The notes under the pieces: generated by a model
Seen by the model: only the letters and a program-made list of their open reading frames with translations
Told to the model about the DNA's origin: nothing
Databases searched by the model: none
Translations under genes and position numbers: made by a program
Part shown: positions 23,268 to 32,373 of the stretch, piece by piece
Numbering within the stretch: the first letter of the stretch is position 1
Layout: each line of letters starts with the position of its first letter
Origin: an uncultured Clostridia bacterium
GTDB taxonomy: Bacteria > Bacillota > Clostridia > Christensenellales > UBA1242
Reading direction: 5' to 3'
DNA length: 64,000 nt
NCBI GenBank assembly: GCA_949841045.1
Contig: CATKXS010000001.1
Span: 60,717-124,716 of the forward strand

Positions 23268-23735
23268 ATGGTTAAAATTAATGAAGAAGATGCAAAACTT
23301 TTGAAGCTTGCGTCACAAATTAAACCTATGGTTAGAGCTAAAAATAGAAAAAGAGCTTTAAGTTATATTGAGCCTGTTGATTTAAATGAAAATTATTTGA
23401 AAAATCCAAAGTTATGTTGCAAAGCTCCAAAAGTAAAGGTAATTGCAACAATCATGACAAGTCATGCAAATGCTATAAATTCAATTTTTACTTCAAGCGA
23501 GAAAGAAGTGTTGACTCAAATTGGAGAAAACTGTGATGAAGAAGTACTTGAAAATGCAATTGGTTTTCAAACTAAAATGATTGGATATTCAGATATGAGA
23601 AATCTTCAATTTTCAAGAACTGAAATTTATGGACTTGAAAAGGAAGAAAATATTCCAGCAAGAATTAAATCTCAAAATGTAATTTTGAATGGTAAAGAAT
23701 TTTCAAATGACGAGATTGGCGAAATTGAAATTTAA
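23268..23735 (+). CDS. hypothetical protein (155 aa) inserted between uvrB and uvrA
   Basis: It has a strong RBS (TAGGAGG), its own promoter and its own terminator. I recognise no motif. It is acidic and has no TM segment. Confidence 0.7.
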   Translation: MVKINEEDAKLLKLASQIKPMVRAKNRKRALSYIEPVDLNENYLKNPKLCCKAPKVKVIATIMTSHANAINSIFTSSEKEVLTQIGENCDEEVLENAIGFQTKMIGYSDMRNLQFSRTEIYGLEKEENIPARIKSQNVILNGKEFSNDEIGEIEI

Positions 23736-23745
23736 TGAAAAAGCG

Positions 23746-23776
23746 AAAATCAACGTAATAGTTGATTTTTGTTTTT
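23746..23776 (+). terminator. rho-independent terminator of the 155-aa gene
   Basis: The stem AAAATCAAC (23746-23754) pairs with GTTGATTTT (23761-23769) around the loop GTAATA, followed by TGTTTTT. Confidence 0.55.
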
Positions 23777-23795
23777 ATTATTGTAGAAAAAGAGG

Positions 23796-23801
23796 TATAA
23801 T
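23796..23801 (+). promoter_or_regulatory. -10 box placed for a leaderless uvrA mRNA
   Basis: TATAAT at 23796-23801 lies exactly 6 nt upstream of the uvrA ATG (23808). The only purine run (AGAGG, 23791-23795) is 12 nt from the ATG. The -35 is weak. Confidence 0.4.
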
Positions 23802-23807
23802 ATAGGC

Positions 23808-26645
23808 ATGTTAGATAAAATCATTATTAAAGGTGCAAGAGAAAACAACTTGCAAAGTGTAAACCTTGAAATTCCCAAAAATAAATTAATTGTTTTTACA
23901 GGTGTGAGCGGTTCAGGCAAATCCAGTCTTGCTTTTGGCACAATTTTTGCAGAAGGACAAAGAAGATATGTTGAAAGTCTTTCTTCTTATGCACGTCAAT
24001 TTTTAGGCCAGGCACAAAAGCCAGATGTAGAGCTAATAGAAGGGCTTAGTCCTGCAATATCAATCGACCAAAAGACGACAAACCATAACCCACGTTCAAC
24101 AGTAGGAACAGTTACTGAAATTTATGATTTTCTACGTCTTTTATTTGCTAGAGTGGGTACTCCTTTTTGCCCTCATTGTAACAAACCTATTGAGCAACAA
24201 ACGGTTGACCAAATAGTAGATAGTATTGAAAATTATCAAATGGGTAGTAAAATTACAATTCTTGCACCAACGGTTAGAGGCCAAAAGGGGGCATTTGTTA
24301 AAAATTTTGAAAGTTATAGAAAATCAGGTTTTGTTAGAGTTAAGGTTGACGGAAACATCTATACTCTTGATGAAGAAATAAATCTTGATAAAAATGTTAA
24401 ACACAATATAAGTGTGGTGATAGATAGAATTGTATTAAAAGAGGGGATTACTTCAAGACTTACAGACAGTGTTGAGACTGCCTTAAAACTTGCAGAAGGC
24501 TTGGTTGTTGTGGATAATGACGGAGAAGAAAATCTTTATAGCACAAATTATGCTTGTCCGCATTGTGGTTGGACACTTGAAGAAGTCTCTCCACGACTAT
24601 TTTCTTTCAATGCGCCTTATGGTGCATGTCCAAAATGTGCTGGTCTTGGAACATACTCTGATATTGCAGAGTCGACAGTTTTACGTGACGGCAATCTCTC
24701 TATCAATGAAGGTGCTCTCGACCATACAGGTTGGAAGATAGACAATGGCGGATTAGCAGCTAGATATTTAAACGCGCTTGCAAAAAAATACAATATAGAT
24801 TTTGACGCTCCGCTCAAAAATTTGCCTAGAAAACAACTTGATTTGCTTTTGTATGGCAATGACGGAGAAAAACTTGATATTTATGAAAATGAGGCTAGAA
24901 ATAAGACTTTTGAGCATTTTAACGGCAAAAAAGCATTGTCTTTTGAGGGAATTATCAATAATTTAAAGAGAAGGCTTGCAGAAAGCAAGAGCGAGTTTGT
25001 AAGATTTGAACTTGGTAAGTTTGTTCAAGAGATGACCTGCCCAAAATGTAAAGGAAAAAGACTGAATGAAAGTGCATTGTCAATTAGGATTGACAACAAA
25101 AATATTGCAGAGGTTTGTGATATGCCAGTCTCTAAACTTAAAGTCTTTTTTAGAGATTTAAAACTTACCCCAGAGAAGGAAGAAATAGCCAAGAGCATTT
25201 TAAAGGAAATTAATGCAAGAATTAACTTTTTATCAGATGTTGGGCTTGATTATTTGACACTTTCTCGCTCGGCTGAGACTTTGTCGGGCGGTGAGGCACA
25301 AAGAATTAGACTTGCAACTCAAATAGGTAGCGGGTTGTCTGGCGTTATGTATATCTTAGATGAACCTTCAATTGGTCTTCATCAACGCGATAATGACAGG
25401 CTAATTGGAACACTTGAACATTTACGGGACCTTGGCAACACATTGATTGTCGTAGAACATGATGAAGATACAATAAGATGCGCTGATTGGATTGTCGATG
25501 TCGGTCCATTTGCAGGAGTTCATGGTGGTCAAATTGTTGGAAACGGCAAATTAGAGGATATTATCAATTCATCTAAATCAATCACTGCTAAATTCTTGCG
25601 AGGCGAAGAAAAAATTGAAGTGCCACAAAAAAGAAGAGAACATAAAAATTATCTTCTTGTAAAAGGTGCGAAAGAGAACAATTTAAAAAATATTGACGTA
25701 AAAGTCCCTTTGGGTGTCTTTACTTGCATAACGGGTGTTTCTGGAAGTGGAAAATCTTCCCTTTTAAATAATATTATTTTTCCATATTTGTCAAACAATC
25801 TAAATAACAGCAGACTTGAACAGGGCCATTTTGCTAAAATTGAGAATGTTGATTTTCTTGACAAAGTAATTAATATAGACCAGTCTCCAATAGGACGAAC
25901 TCCGCGTTCTAACCCTGCGACCTATGTAGGTTTATTCTCTTATATTCGGGACCTTTTTGCTGCCACACCAGACGCTAAAGCGCGTGGTTATAGTTCGGGT
26001 AGATTTAGTTTTAATGTCAAAGGTGGACGCTGTGACGCTTGTGAGGGTGCGGGTGTAAAGGAAATTGAAATGTATTTTCTTCCAGATATTGTTGTTCCGT
26101 GCGATGCTTGCAAAGGCAAGCGTTACAACAGAGAAACGTTGGAAGTCAGATATAAAGGCAAAACCATTTCAGATGTTCTTGATATGACTGTTGAGGAGGC
26201 TTTAAAATTCTTTGAGAATATCCCTTCTATTAAAAACAAGGTGCAAGCACTCCATGACGTTGGACTAGACTATATTAAACTAGGTCAACCAGCGACCACA
26301 CTCTCGGGTGGTGAAGCACAAAGAGTTAAACTTGCGACCGAACTTTCAAAACGTTCAACTGGAAAGACGATATATCTTCTAGATGAACCTACAACAGGTC
26401 TTCACATGTATGATATAAAGAAGTTGATTACAATTTTAAATAGACTGGTAGAAAATGGTAACACTGTTGTAGTTATTGAGCATAACCTTGACGTTATTAA
26501 ATGTGCCGACCATATTATCGACCTTGGACCAGAAGGAGGAGATGGTGGTGGACAGATAGTCGCTCAAGGCACGCCAGAGGAAGTTGCAAAATGCGACAAA
26601 TCATATACTGCAAAATATCTCAAAAAGATGTTAAATATTAAATAA
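23808..26645 (+). CDS. uvrA: excinuclease ABC subunit A
   Basis: 945 aa. It has the N-terminus [43 protein letters not shown] and a second Walker [13 protein letters not shown]. Two LSGGEAQR signatures and several CxxC zinc modules (CPHCNK, CPHCGW...CPKCAG, CPKCKGK, CDACEG...CDACKGK) are present. Confidence 0.97.
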   Translation: MLDKIIIKGARENNLQSVNLEIPKNKLIVFTGVSGSGKSSLAFGTIFAEGQRRYVESLSSYARQFLGQAQKPDVELIEGLSPAISIDQKTTNHNPRSTVGTVTEIYDFLRLLFARVGTPFCPHCNKPIEQQTVDQIVDSIENYQMGSKITILAPTVRGQKGAFVKNFESYRKSGFVRVKVDGNIYTLDEEINLDKNVKHNISVVIDRIVLKEGITSRLTDSVETALKLAEGLVVVDNDGEENLYSTNYACPHCGWTLEEVSPRLFSFNAPYGACPKCAGLGTYSDIAESTVLRDGNLSINEGALDHTGWKIDNGGLAARYLNALAKKYNIDFDAPLKNLPRKQLDLLLYGNDGEKLDIYENEARNKTFEHFNGKKALSFEGIINNLKRRLAESKSEFVRFELGKFVQEMTCPKCKGKRLNESALSIRIDNKNIAEVCDMPVSKLKVFFRDLKLTPEKEEIAKSILKEINARINFLSDVGLDYLTLSRSAETLSGGEAQRIRLATQIGSGLSGVMYILDEPSIGLHQRDNDRLIGTLEHLRDLGNTLIVVEHDEDTIRCADWIVDVGPFAGVHGGQIVGNGKLEDIINSSKSITAKFLRGEEKIEVPQKRREHKNYLLVKGAKENNLKNIDVKVPLGVFTCITGVSGSGKSSLLNNIIFPYLSNNLNNSRLEQGHFAKIENVDFLDKVINIDQSPIGRTPRSNPATYVGLFSYIRDLFAATPDAKARGYSSGRFSFNVKGGRCDACEGAGVKEIEMYFLPDIVVPCDACKGKRYNRETLEVRYKGKTISDVLDMTVEEALKFFENIPSIKNKVQALHDVGLDYIKLGQPATTLSGGEAQRVKLATELSKRSTGKTIYLLDEPTTGLHMYDIKKLITILNRLVENGNTVVVIEHNLDVIKCADHIIDLGPEGGDGGGQIVAQGTPEEVAKCDKSYTAKYLKKMLNIK

Positions 26646-26745
26646 TTAATAAAAAAGTGCTTATTTTTAATTAATTTTTTGTTAAAAACTTGTAATTAAA
26701 CGAAAGAGGGGAATTATCCCAATAAAATTTTATAAATTGATGCAC

Positions 26746-26777
26746 AAAAAAAGCTACGATAATTCGTAGCCTTTTTT
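26746..26777. terminator. bidirectional rho-independent terminator between uvrA and the convergent 615-aa gene
   Basis: An A7 run, the stem GCTACG (26753-26758), the loop ATAATT, the stem CGTAGC (26765-26770), then C and T6. Confidence 0.6.
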
Positions 26778-26796
26778 ATTATTTAAAACCATGCAA

Positions 26797-28644
26797 TTAT
26801 AACATATTTGTCATTCTTTCTTTTTCTTCTTCAGAAAGGTTAGAATCTAAGATTGCCTTTTCTTTATCATTTTTGCTTTTCTTAGAATTTGCTACTGTGT
26901 GGTAAACTTCATCGTATTCAGGATTAGTTGTTCCATCAACATTGACATACTTTTCATCAAGCATTTTGATAAGTTCATCTTTCTGTGAAATTTGGAAGTT
27001 TTGCATAAGTCTTGAAAGTTCTGGGTATTCTTCGTTTTCATAAACAGAATTTTTGAGCTCAGATAAAATCATCTTAGGTGTTTTTATTCTGTATCTATCA
27101 TCTGTGTTGCCTTTAAGAATAGGGTCCATAGAAAGTGCTCTGTAATATTCCTTAATAACTCTTTCGTGAAGGTCAGTTGCTATAACTTCATCTTTCTTTA
27201 AAAGTTTTTTATCGAATGAAAGGTCATCAATGTCAAGGTTTGTCTTTTGACTAGATTTTACTCTGCTGTAAATCTTTTCCATTCTGTTAAGTTCGTCATA
27301 TCTTCTAAGAGCTTCAGTTTTTAAAGTTGCAAGATTTTCACGAAGTCTTTCGTCAGCAGTTGGTTCTTTTGCTTTTTCGTCTACAATAGCTACGTCTGCT
27401 GTTGGTTGAGCTATTTTTTCTTCTGATTTCTTTGTAAGGTCAATTCCGAGTTCATTTGCAAGGTAGTTAAGAGTATCTTCTACGCTGTTTGAGCCTTTAT
27501 ATGTTCTTCCTTCATATCTGTGTTCAATATGAGTGATTGTTTTTAAAAGGTCTTCACAGTAGTCAAGGTTTGGAGCAATAAGTTTGCCAAAAGCGTTGAT
27601 ATTTGATTTGATATAAGCGTCTTTGTTTCCAACTTTGAATTCAGCCTTAGGAATTCTAAATCTGTTTGCAGCACTTTCTTTGAAAATGCTTCTTCCAAGA
27701 ATAAGGCTTGCAATTCTTCCAGCTTGGTCTTCAAGAGCATTAAGTTCGTTTGAAATGCCTGATAAGATGTGAGAGCTGCTAAGTCTTTCTTGAGCAGCAA
27801 GAAGTTTTGCAGTTAAATTTAGACCGATAAAGTTGTCTTTATCAAAATCAGGAAGATGTTTGTATGTCTCATTTGCAATAGCAAAGATGATGAGATATGC
27901 TTTATAGTTTTGGTCATCTTCAGAAGAGCAGTAACCATCTTTGCCAATTTCCCTTTCGCTAAGATAATTAGCTCTGATATAATCAAGGGCAAGTTGGTAG
28001 TTGTTCTTATCTGATAAAGCTTGCAAGAGGTCCTCTTTAGAATTTATTTTCATGGTAGGGGACAAAGTAGCTGAATCAAGAGTATCAAAATCGAACCAAG
28101 TATCTGAAGATTGAATTTCCTCATTTAAAAGGAGTGCATAAGATACATAAGTCTTAATTGCTTCTTCAAGCTTAGGTGATTTTTGAACAACTTCTCTCAA
28201 ATCATTGCAAAGGTCTTTGATGTTTCTTTGTGAATCTTGCAAACTATAGCAAACTGCAGTTAAAGCATGTTTGATAGCGTCAGGGTTAACATCTTTGTTC
28301 TCAAGATTGTTTAAAATAGCAGAAAGCCAAATGATAGTTGAAGCTTTTTTATCTTCGCAATCAAACCTTGTTTTGAGTTCTTCCAAGAGCTGTGCATAAT
28401 TTTCACTGTTATCAAGCTTGCTAGTTTTCTCAATGATTTCATCAACTGTAGAGTTATCATTTAAGCCGTCAAGCATATTAGGGTCAAAGTTCAATAAGTT
28501 GAGAAATGAATATTGATAAAGTGGTGCATTGAAGAATCCCATGAGTTCTTGTGTGAGGTCATCAGGATTGGTAATTTTCTTTTTAAGCCAATCAGAATCC
28601 TCGTTTGTGATTAAATTAGGTAATATGTTAATCAATTTTTCCAT
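26797..28644 (-). CDS. hypothetical protein (615 aa), acidic, predicted helical, no TM
   Basis: A long ORF with a GGAGGG RBS. I recognise no catalytic or binding motif by eye. The nested ORF 27543-27800 is a frame shadow. Confidence 0.8.
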   Translation of the reverse strand: MEKLINILPNLITNEDSDWLKKKITNPDDLTQELMGFFNAPLYQYSFLNLLNFDPNMLDGLNDNSTVDEIIEKTSKLDNSENYAQLLEELKTRFDCEDKKASTIIWLSAILNNLENKDVNPDAIKHALTAVCYSLQDSQRNIKDLCNDLREVVQKSPKLEEAIKTYVSYALLLNEEIQSSDTWFDFDTLDSATLSPTMKINSKEDLLQALSDKNNYQLALDYIRANYLSEREIGKDGYCSSEDDQNYKAYLIIFAIANETYKHLPDFDKDNFIGLNLTAKLLAAQERLSSSHILSGISNELNALEDQAGRIASLILGRSIFKESAANRFRIPKAEFKVGNKDAYIKSNINAFGKLIAPNLDYCEDLLKTITHIEHRYEGRTYKGSNSVEDTLNYLANELGIDLTKKSEEKIAQPTADVAIVDEKAKEPTADERLRENLATLKTEALRRYDELNRMEKIYSRVKSSQKTNLDIDDLSFDKKLLKKDEVIATDLHERVIKEYYRALSMDPILKGNTDDRYRIKTPKMILSELKNSVYENEEYPELSRLMQNFQISQKDELIKMLDEKYVNVDGTTNPEYDEVYHTVANSKKSKNDKEKAILDSNLSEEEKERMTNML

Positions 28645-28715
28645 AATTCCCTCCGTTTATACTTAATATTTTAGCATATATTTTGACAAATATCAATACT
28701 TATTTGAAAATTTTT

Positions 28716-29498
28716 CTATTTTAGTTTAAACATTGCACCGATATTTGGGGTTGCAACGTCAATTTTTATGTCTTCGCCCTCTATAATTCCCTCTTTTTTT
28801 ATGTCTTCACAGACGCTGTTATAGGCAAGAGAAGGTGAATTATTCTCTTCTGAGAGGTGAGATAGAACAAATTGTCTTGTTCCAGTTGCCGAAAGATATT
28901 CGACCGCTTTGCTTGTTACGCTGTTGCATAGGTGTCCGTTTGGACCGTCAATTCTCATTTTTAAACTCAGCGGATATTTTGTGCCAGACATCAACATCTT
29001 TCTATCGTAGTTTGCCTCAAGATATACGATTGCGCTTCCTCTGGCAGAAGCAAGTATTCTATCATTTATATGCCCAAGGTCTGTCAGAACGCTAATCTTT
29101 CTTTGTCCTTCGCTTACCGAATAACCAAAGCATTTGACATCATGGGGAAGTTCGATAGGGTCTATTTGAAGGTCGAGTAGATTAAAACTTTCTTCATATT
29201 CCTTTCTGTTTAGAGAGGATACTTTCTTTAATTTGTCATCAAGTCCAAGCCATACACTTTTGTGTGCATAGACGGGTATATTGAATTTGCTTGACAGAAC
29301 GTCCACGCCTTTTATGTGGTCGCTGTGCTCATGGGTGATTAGAATGGCCGAGAGTTCATTAGGAGCGACATTTATTTTTTCAAGACGCTTAACTGTTTCA
29401 GCACAAGAAAGGCCATCATCAATTAAGATTTTGGCCCCATCACTTTCAAGATATGTAAGATTGCCTTTGCTTCCAGAAGCGAGGTTGATTATTTTCAT
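28716..29498 (-). CDS. MBL-fold metallo-hydrolase (YycJ/WalJ-like), 260 aa
   Basis: I trimmed the track ORF to ATG 29498 (MKIINLASGSKGNLTYLESDGAKILIDDG). It carries the HxHxDH motif ITHEHSDHIKG and downstream His/Asp ligands. Confidence 0.85.
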   Translation of the reverse strand: MKIINLASGSKGNLTYLESDGAKILIDDGLSCAETVKRLEKINVAPNELSAILITHEHSDHIKGVDVLSSKFNIPVYAHKSVWLGLDDKLKKVSSLNRKEYEESFNLLDLQIDPIELPHDVKCFGYSVSEGQRKISVLTDLGHINDRILASARGSAIVYLEANYDRKMLMSGTKYPLSLKMRIDGPNGHLCNSVTSKAVEYLSATGTRQFVLSHLSEENNSPSLAYNSVCEDIKKEGIIEGEDIKIDVATPNIGAMFKLK

Positions 29499-29504
29499 AT
29501 GTAT

Positions 29505-29513
29505 ATTATAACA
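29505..29513 (-). promoter_or_regulatory. extended -10 box placed for a leaderless MBL-hydrolase mRNA
   Basis: The reverse strand reads TGT-TATAAT-atacat-ATG. TATAAT is at 29510-29505 and TGT at 29513-29511, with the ATG at 29498. There is no purine-rich SD in the 30 nt upstream. Confidence 0.45.
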
Positions 29514-29612
29514 TATATTAAATATAATTGCAATACTATATGGCATTAAACCTTGTGAGAGCTTTGTTAGAAGTTGATTTTTGTGTGAGATTTAAAATAA
29601 ATTTCTGCATTT

Positions 29613-29798
29613 TTATTCGGTTTGGGTTTCTTCATATTGAGCTAGTTTTTCTTTGCATATATCCAAATTTCTCTCGGCAAAAATCCCAAAGCGAGCAGGG
29701 GCTTTGTCGTCATTTAACTTTATTCCAATCATTGTTGTTGCCCAAACGGTAAGTATAAGCAGGGCAATGCCAATAAAAAACAAGATATGATTTTTCAT
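29613..29798 (-). CDS. possible small membrane protein (61 aa)
   Basis: It has one hydrophobic helix (ILFFIGIALLILTVWATTMIG). No SD or promoter is evident, so this is weak. Confidence 0.3.
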   Translation of the reverse strand: MKNHILFFIGIALLILTVWATTMIGIKLNDDKAPARFGIFAERNLDICKEKLAQYEETQTE

Positions 29799-29914
29799 TT
29801 ATAATATTTTAACACAATCTTAAATTTCTTTAAGAAAGTAAAATAAAAAATCAAATCGTATAAACGCGAAATGTGGTAAAAGATAGCGAGATTTCTTTAA
29901 GCACTTAAGATTGC

Positions 29915-29943
29915 TTGACAATTTTTTTTTTGAATGCTAACAT
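29915..29943 (+). promoter_or_regulatory. candidate extended -10 promoter of metG
   Basis: TTGACA (29915-29920), a 17-nt spacer containing a T10 run, then TGc-TAACAT (29935-29943). Confidence 0.45.
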
Positions 29944-29970
29944 TGTAAAAGATAATTTTAAGGAGATAGC

Positions 29971-31545
29971 ATGAAAGAAAAATTTTATATTACAACACCA
30001 ATATATTATCCTAGCAATAAGTTTACTCTAGGAAATTCATATACCACTATTGTCTGTGACGCAATTGCAAGATTTAATAAAAAACTTGGCAAAGATGTGT
30101 TCTATTTGACAGGGACTGATGAACATGGTCAAAAGATAACTCAGTCGGCATCAAAGGTTGGCAAAAGTGAAAAAGAATATTTGGACGAAATTGTAAGTGA
30201 CGCTAAAGACCTTTGGAAGCTTCTCGATATTGAATATGACAAGTTTATTAGAACAACTGACGATTATCACGAGAAGGCAGTGCAAGAAATATTTACTAAG
30301 CTATACGAAAAGGGATTTATCTATAAGAGTTCATATAAAGGTTGGTATTGCACACCATGTGAATCTTTCTGGACAGAAAGTCAGCTTGCAGACGGCAAAT
30401 GCCCAGACTGCGGAAGAGAGGTGAAATTCCAAGAGGAAGAGGCATACTTTTTCAAACTTTCAGAGTTTGGCGACAAACTCATTGACTTATATAAATCTCA
30501 CCCAGAATTTCTTCAACCTGAAAGTCGCGTGAACGAAATGATTAACAACTTTATCAAACCTGGACTTAATGACCTTTGTGTATCAAGAACCTCTGTTAAG
30601 TGGGGAGTGCCAGTTGAGTTTGATACTAAGCATACAATCTACGTTTGGATAGACGCACTTTCAAACTATATTACAGCGCTCGGTTATGATAGTGAAAATG
30701 ATGAAAACTTTAAAAAATATTGGCCAGCAGATGTGCATGTAATCGGAAAAGAAATTGTACGATTCCACTCAATCATTTGGCCAGCTATTCTTATGGCTCT
30801 TGACCTTCCAATTCCAAAACGCATATTTGCTCATGGCTGGATTTTATTTGGCGGGGATAAGCTTTCAAAGAGTAAAGATACAGACGAAAAAGAATGTGTT
30901 GACCCACGCGTGCTTGTTCCTCTTTATTCAGCAGATGCAATTAGATATTTCCTATATAGAGAAATTCCATTTGGAAGTGACGGCAATTATTCTACTCAAG
31001 CCTTCCTCTCAAGATTCAACGCTGACCTTTCAAACAACTATGGCAACCTTGTTTCAAGGACCTTTTCAATGGTTAAAAAATACTTTGATGGCATTGTTCC
31101 AAAAGAGGGCGTAGTAAGTGAAGATGACAGTCAATTTAAGACTGACGTAATAAAAGAAGCTACGCTTGTTAAGGATTATATGAAAGACCTTGACTTAACC
31201 AAAGCGGTGACCTCAGTGTTCAATATTTTCACCCTTGCAAACACATATATTCAGAAGGTTCAACCATGGGCTGTTATGAAAGAAGAGGGCGGCGAAAAAC
31301 GTACTCAAACGATTATGAAATATCTCCTTGAAGCAATTAGAATTGGAACACATCTTCTTTATAGTTTCATGCCAAATGCGTCTACAAAAGTTCTTGACGC
31401 TATGGGCGAAAATGCAAGGGGAGAATTTGAAAATCTTGATAACTTCAATGGCGTTAAAGAGGGCTTATCGTTAGGAGAACTTGGAGTACTTTTCCCAAGA
31501 CTTGACATTCAAGCTGAAATAGAACGCCTTAAGTCGCTCGCTTAA
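29971..31545 (+). CDS. metG: methionine--tRNA ligase (short form without a C-terminal tRNA-binding domain)
   Basis: 524 aa. It has FYITTPIYYPS, GTDEHGQKI, the CTPCESF...CPDCGRE zinc knuckle, a KLSKS (KMSKS) loop, and an AAGGAG RBS. The expected HIGH motif reads TLGN (30025-30036). Confidence 0.9.
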   Translation: MKEKFYITTPIYYPSNKFTLGNSYTTIVCDAIARFNKKLGKDVFYLTGTDEHGQKITQSASKVGKSEKEYLDEIVSDAKDLWKLLDIEYDKFIRTTDDYHEKAVQEIFTKLYEKGFIYKSSYKGWYCTPCESFWTESQLADGKCPDCGREVKFQEEEAYFFKLSEFGDKLIDLYKSHPEFLQPESRVNEMINNFIKPGLNDLCVSRTSVKWGVPVEFDTKHTIYVWIDALSNYITALGYDSENDENFKKYWPADVHVIGKEIVRFHSIIWPAILMALDLPIPKRIFAHGWILFGGDKLSKSKDTDEKECVDPRVLVPLYSADAIRYFLYREIPFGSDGNYSTQAFLSRFNADLSNNYGNLVSRTFSMVKKYFDGIVPKEGVVSEDDSQFKTDVIKEATLVKDYMKDLDLTKAVTSVFNIFTLANTYIQKVQPWAVMKEEGGEKRTQTIMKYLLEAIRIGTHLLYSFMPNASTKVLDAMGENARGEFENLDNFNGVKEGLSLGELGVLFPRLDIQAEIERLKSLA

Positions 31546-31611
31546 AAGTTATCCAAAATAATCTAATTTTTAACTTTAGTAAGCTTAAAAAACTTAATTT
31601 TATATAAAAGC

Positions 31612-31639
31612 AAAAAAGCAGTGTAAATCACTGCTTTTT
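31612..31639. terminator. bidirectional terminator between metG and nrdG
   Basis: An A6 run, the stem GCAGTG (31618-31623), the loop TAAAT, the stem CACTGC (31629-31634), then T5. Confidence 0.6.
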
Positions 31640-31675
31640 GTATTTTGTATTTCATGTAACCTACAAAATGTTGTA

Positions 31676-32188
31676 TTAAACCCATCTTGGGTCTTTTGAT
31701 AAAACTACTTGTCCAGCCTTTAAAGATGACTGTACATCAATCGTTCTTTGATTACCAGAGCCTTTAAATTTGAGCTCAAGACTTCGCTCTTTAAGTACAA
31801 ATCTGCCGTCAATTAAAATGTCGACATAGGAAAGAAGTTCTTTTGCAAAAGGTACATATCCGCTTAGGAGTGCCTCATATGTATAACCCGTGTAACATGC
31901 AAGTTCAAGCCCTCTTTCCTTTACAAATTTCGCAATAGGAATAAGCCCTTTTGCTTGCATGAAAGGGTCACCACCAGAAAAGGTTACGCCTTGAAGAAGT
32001 GGGTTTGAAGCTATATCTTTTTTAATCTTTCTAAGACTTGTTTTTTTACCACCTTTCATAGGGTGTGTTTGGGGATTGTGACAGCCCTCGCAGTTATGGG
32101 GACAGCCTTGCGTAAATATTGTAAAACGTAGACCTGGCCCGTCTACAATTGAGTCATTTACTATTCCAGATATTCTTATTCTTGCCAT
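31676..32188 (-). CDS. nrdG: anaerobic ribonucleoside-triphosphate reductase activating protein
   Basis: 170 aa. It has the N-terminus ISGIVNDSIVDGPGLRFTIFTQGCPHNCEGCHNP with the radical-SAM Cx3Cx2C motif, and an AGAGGAAA RBS. Confidence 0.93.
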   Translation of the reverse strand: MARIRISGIVNDSIVDGPGLRFTIFTQGCPHNCEGCHNPQTHPMKGGKKTSLRKIKKDIASNPLLQGVTFSGGDPFMQAKGLIPIAKFVKERGLELACYTGYTYEALLSGYVPFAKELLSYVDILIDGRFVLKERSLELKFKGSGNQRTIDVQSSLKAGQVVLSKDPRWV

Positions 32189-32225
32189 GATTTCCTCTTT
32201 GTTAAAATTTGAATTTTTAAAGATT

Positions 32226-32250
32226 AAAACGAGCAGGATTTGCTCGTTTT
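32226..32250 (-). terminator. intercistronic hairpin (terminator or attenuator-like) between nrdD and nrdG
   Basis: A 10-bp stem, AAAACGAGCA paired with TGCTCGTTTT, with a 5-nt loop. On the reverse strand the stem ends in UUUU followed by AAUCUUU, about 37 nt before the nrdG ATG. Confidence 0.4.
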
Positions 32251-32260
32251 AACCTAAACT

Positions 32261-32372
32261 ATTAAACATTTTTTTTACTTTGTTTGTAATTAAACATTTT
32301 TTTTACATTGTTTGTAATTAAACATTTTTTTTACATTGTTTGTAATTAAGCATTTTTTTTACTTTGTTTGTA
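32261..32372. repeat. 28-bp tandem repeat x4 derived from the nrdD 3' end
   Basis: Units start at 32261, 32289, 32317 and 32345 and read ATTAAACATTTTTTTTAC(A/T)TTGTTTGTA; unit 4 has AAGC. The next period (32373-) is the real nrdD stop and last codons, ATTAAACATTGTGTTTTACACGG. Confidence 0.9.
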
Positions 32373-32373
32373 A

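Noticed and set aside
29921-29931. The T10 homopolymer in the metG promoter spacer as a phase-variation switch.
   Set aside because: The gene is an essential housekeeping gene, and there is no evidence of length heterogeneity from a single sequence. The tract is more likely just AT-rich spacer.
32261-32372. The 28-bp direct repeats as a possible CRISPR array.
   Set aside because: The units are contiguous with no unique spacers, AT-rich with a T8 tract, derived from the nrdD 3' end, and have no cas genes nearby. This is a plain tandem repeat.
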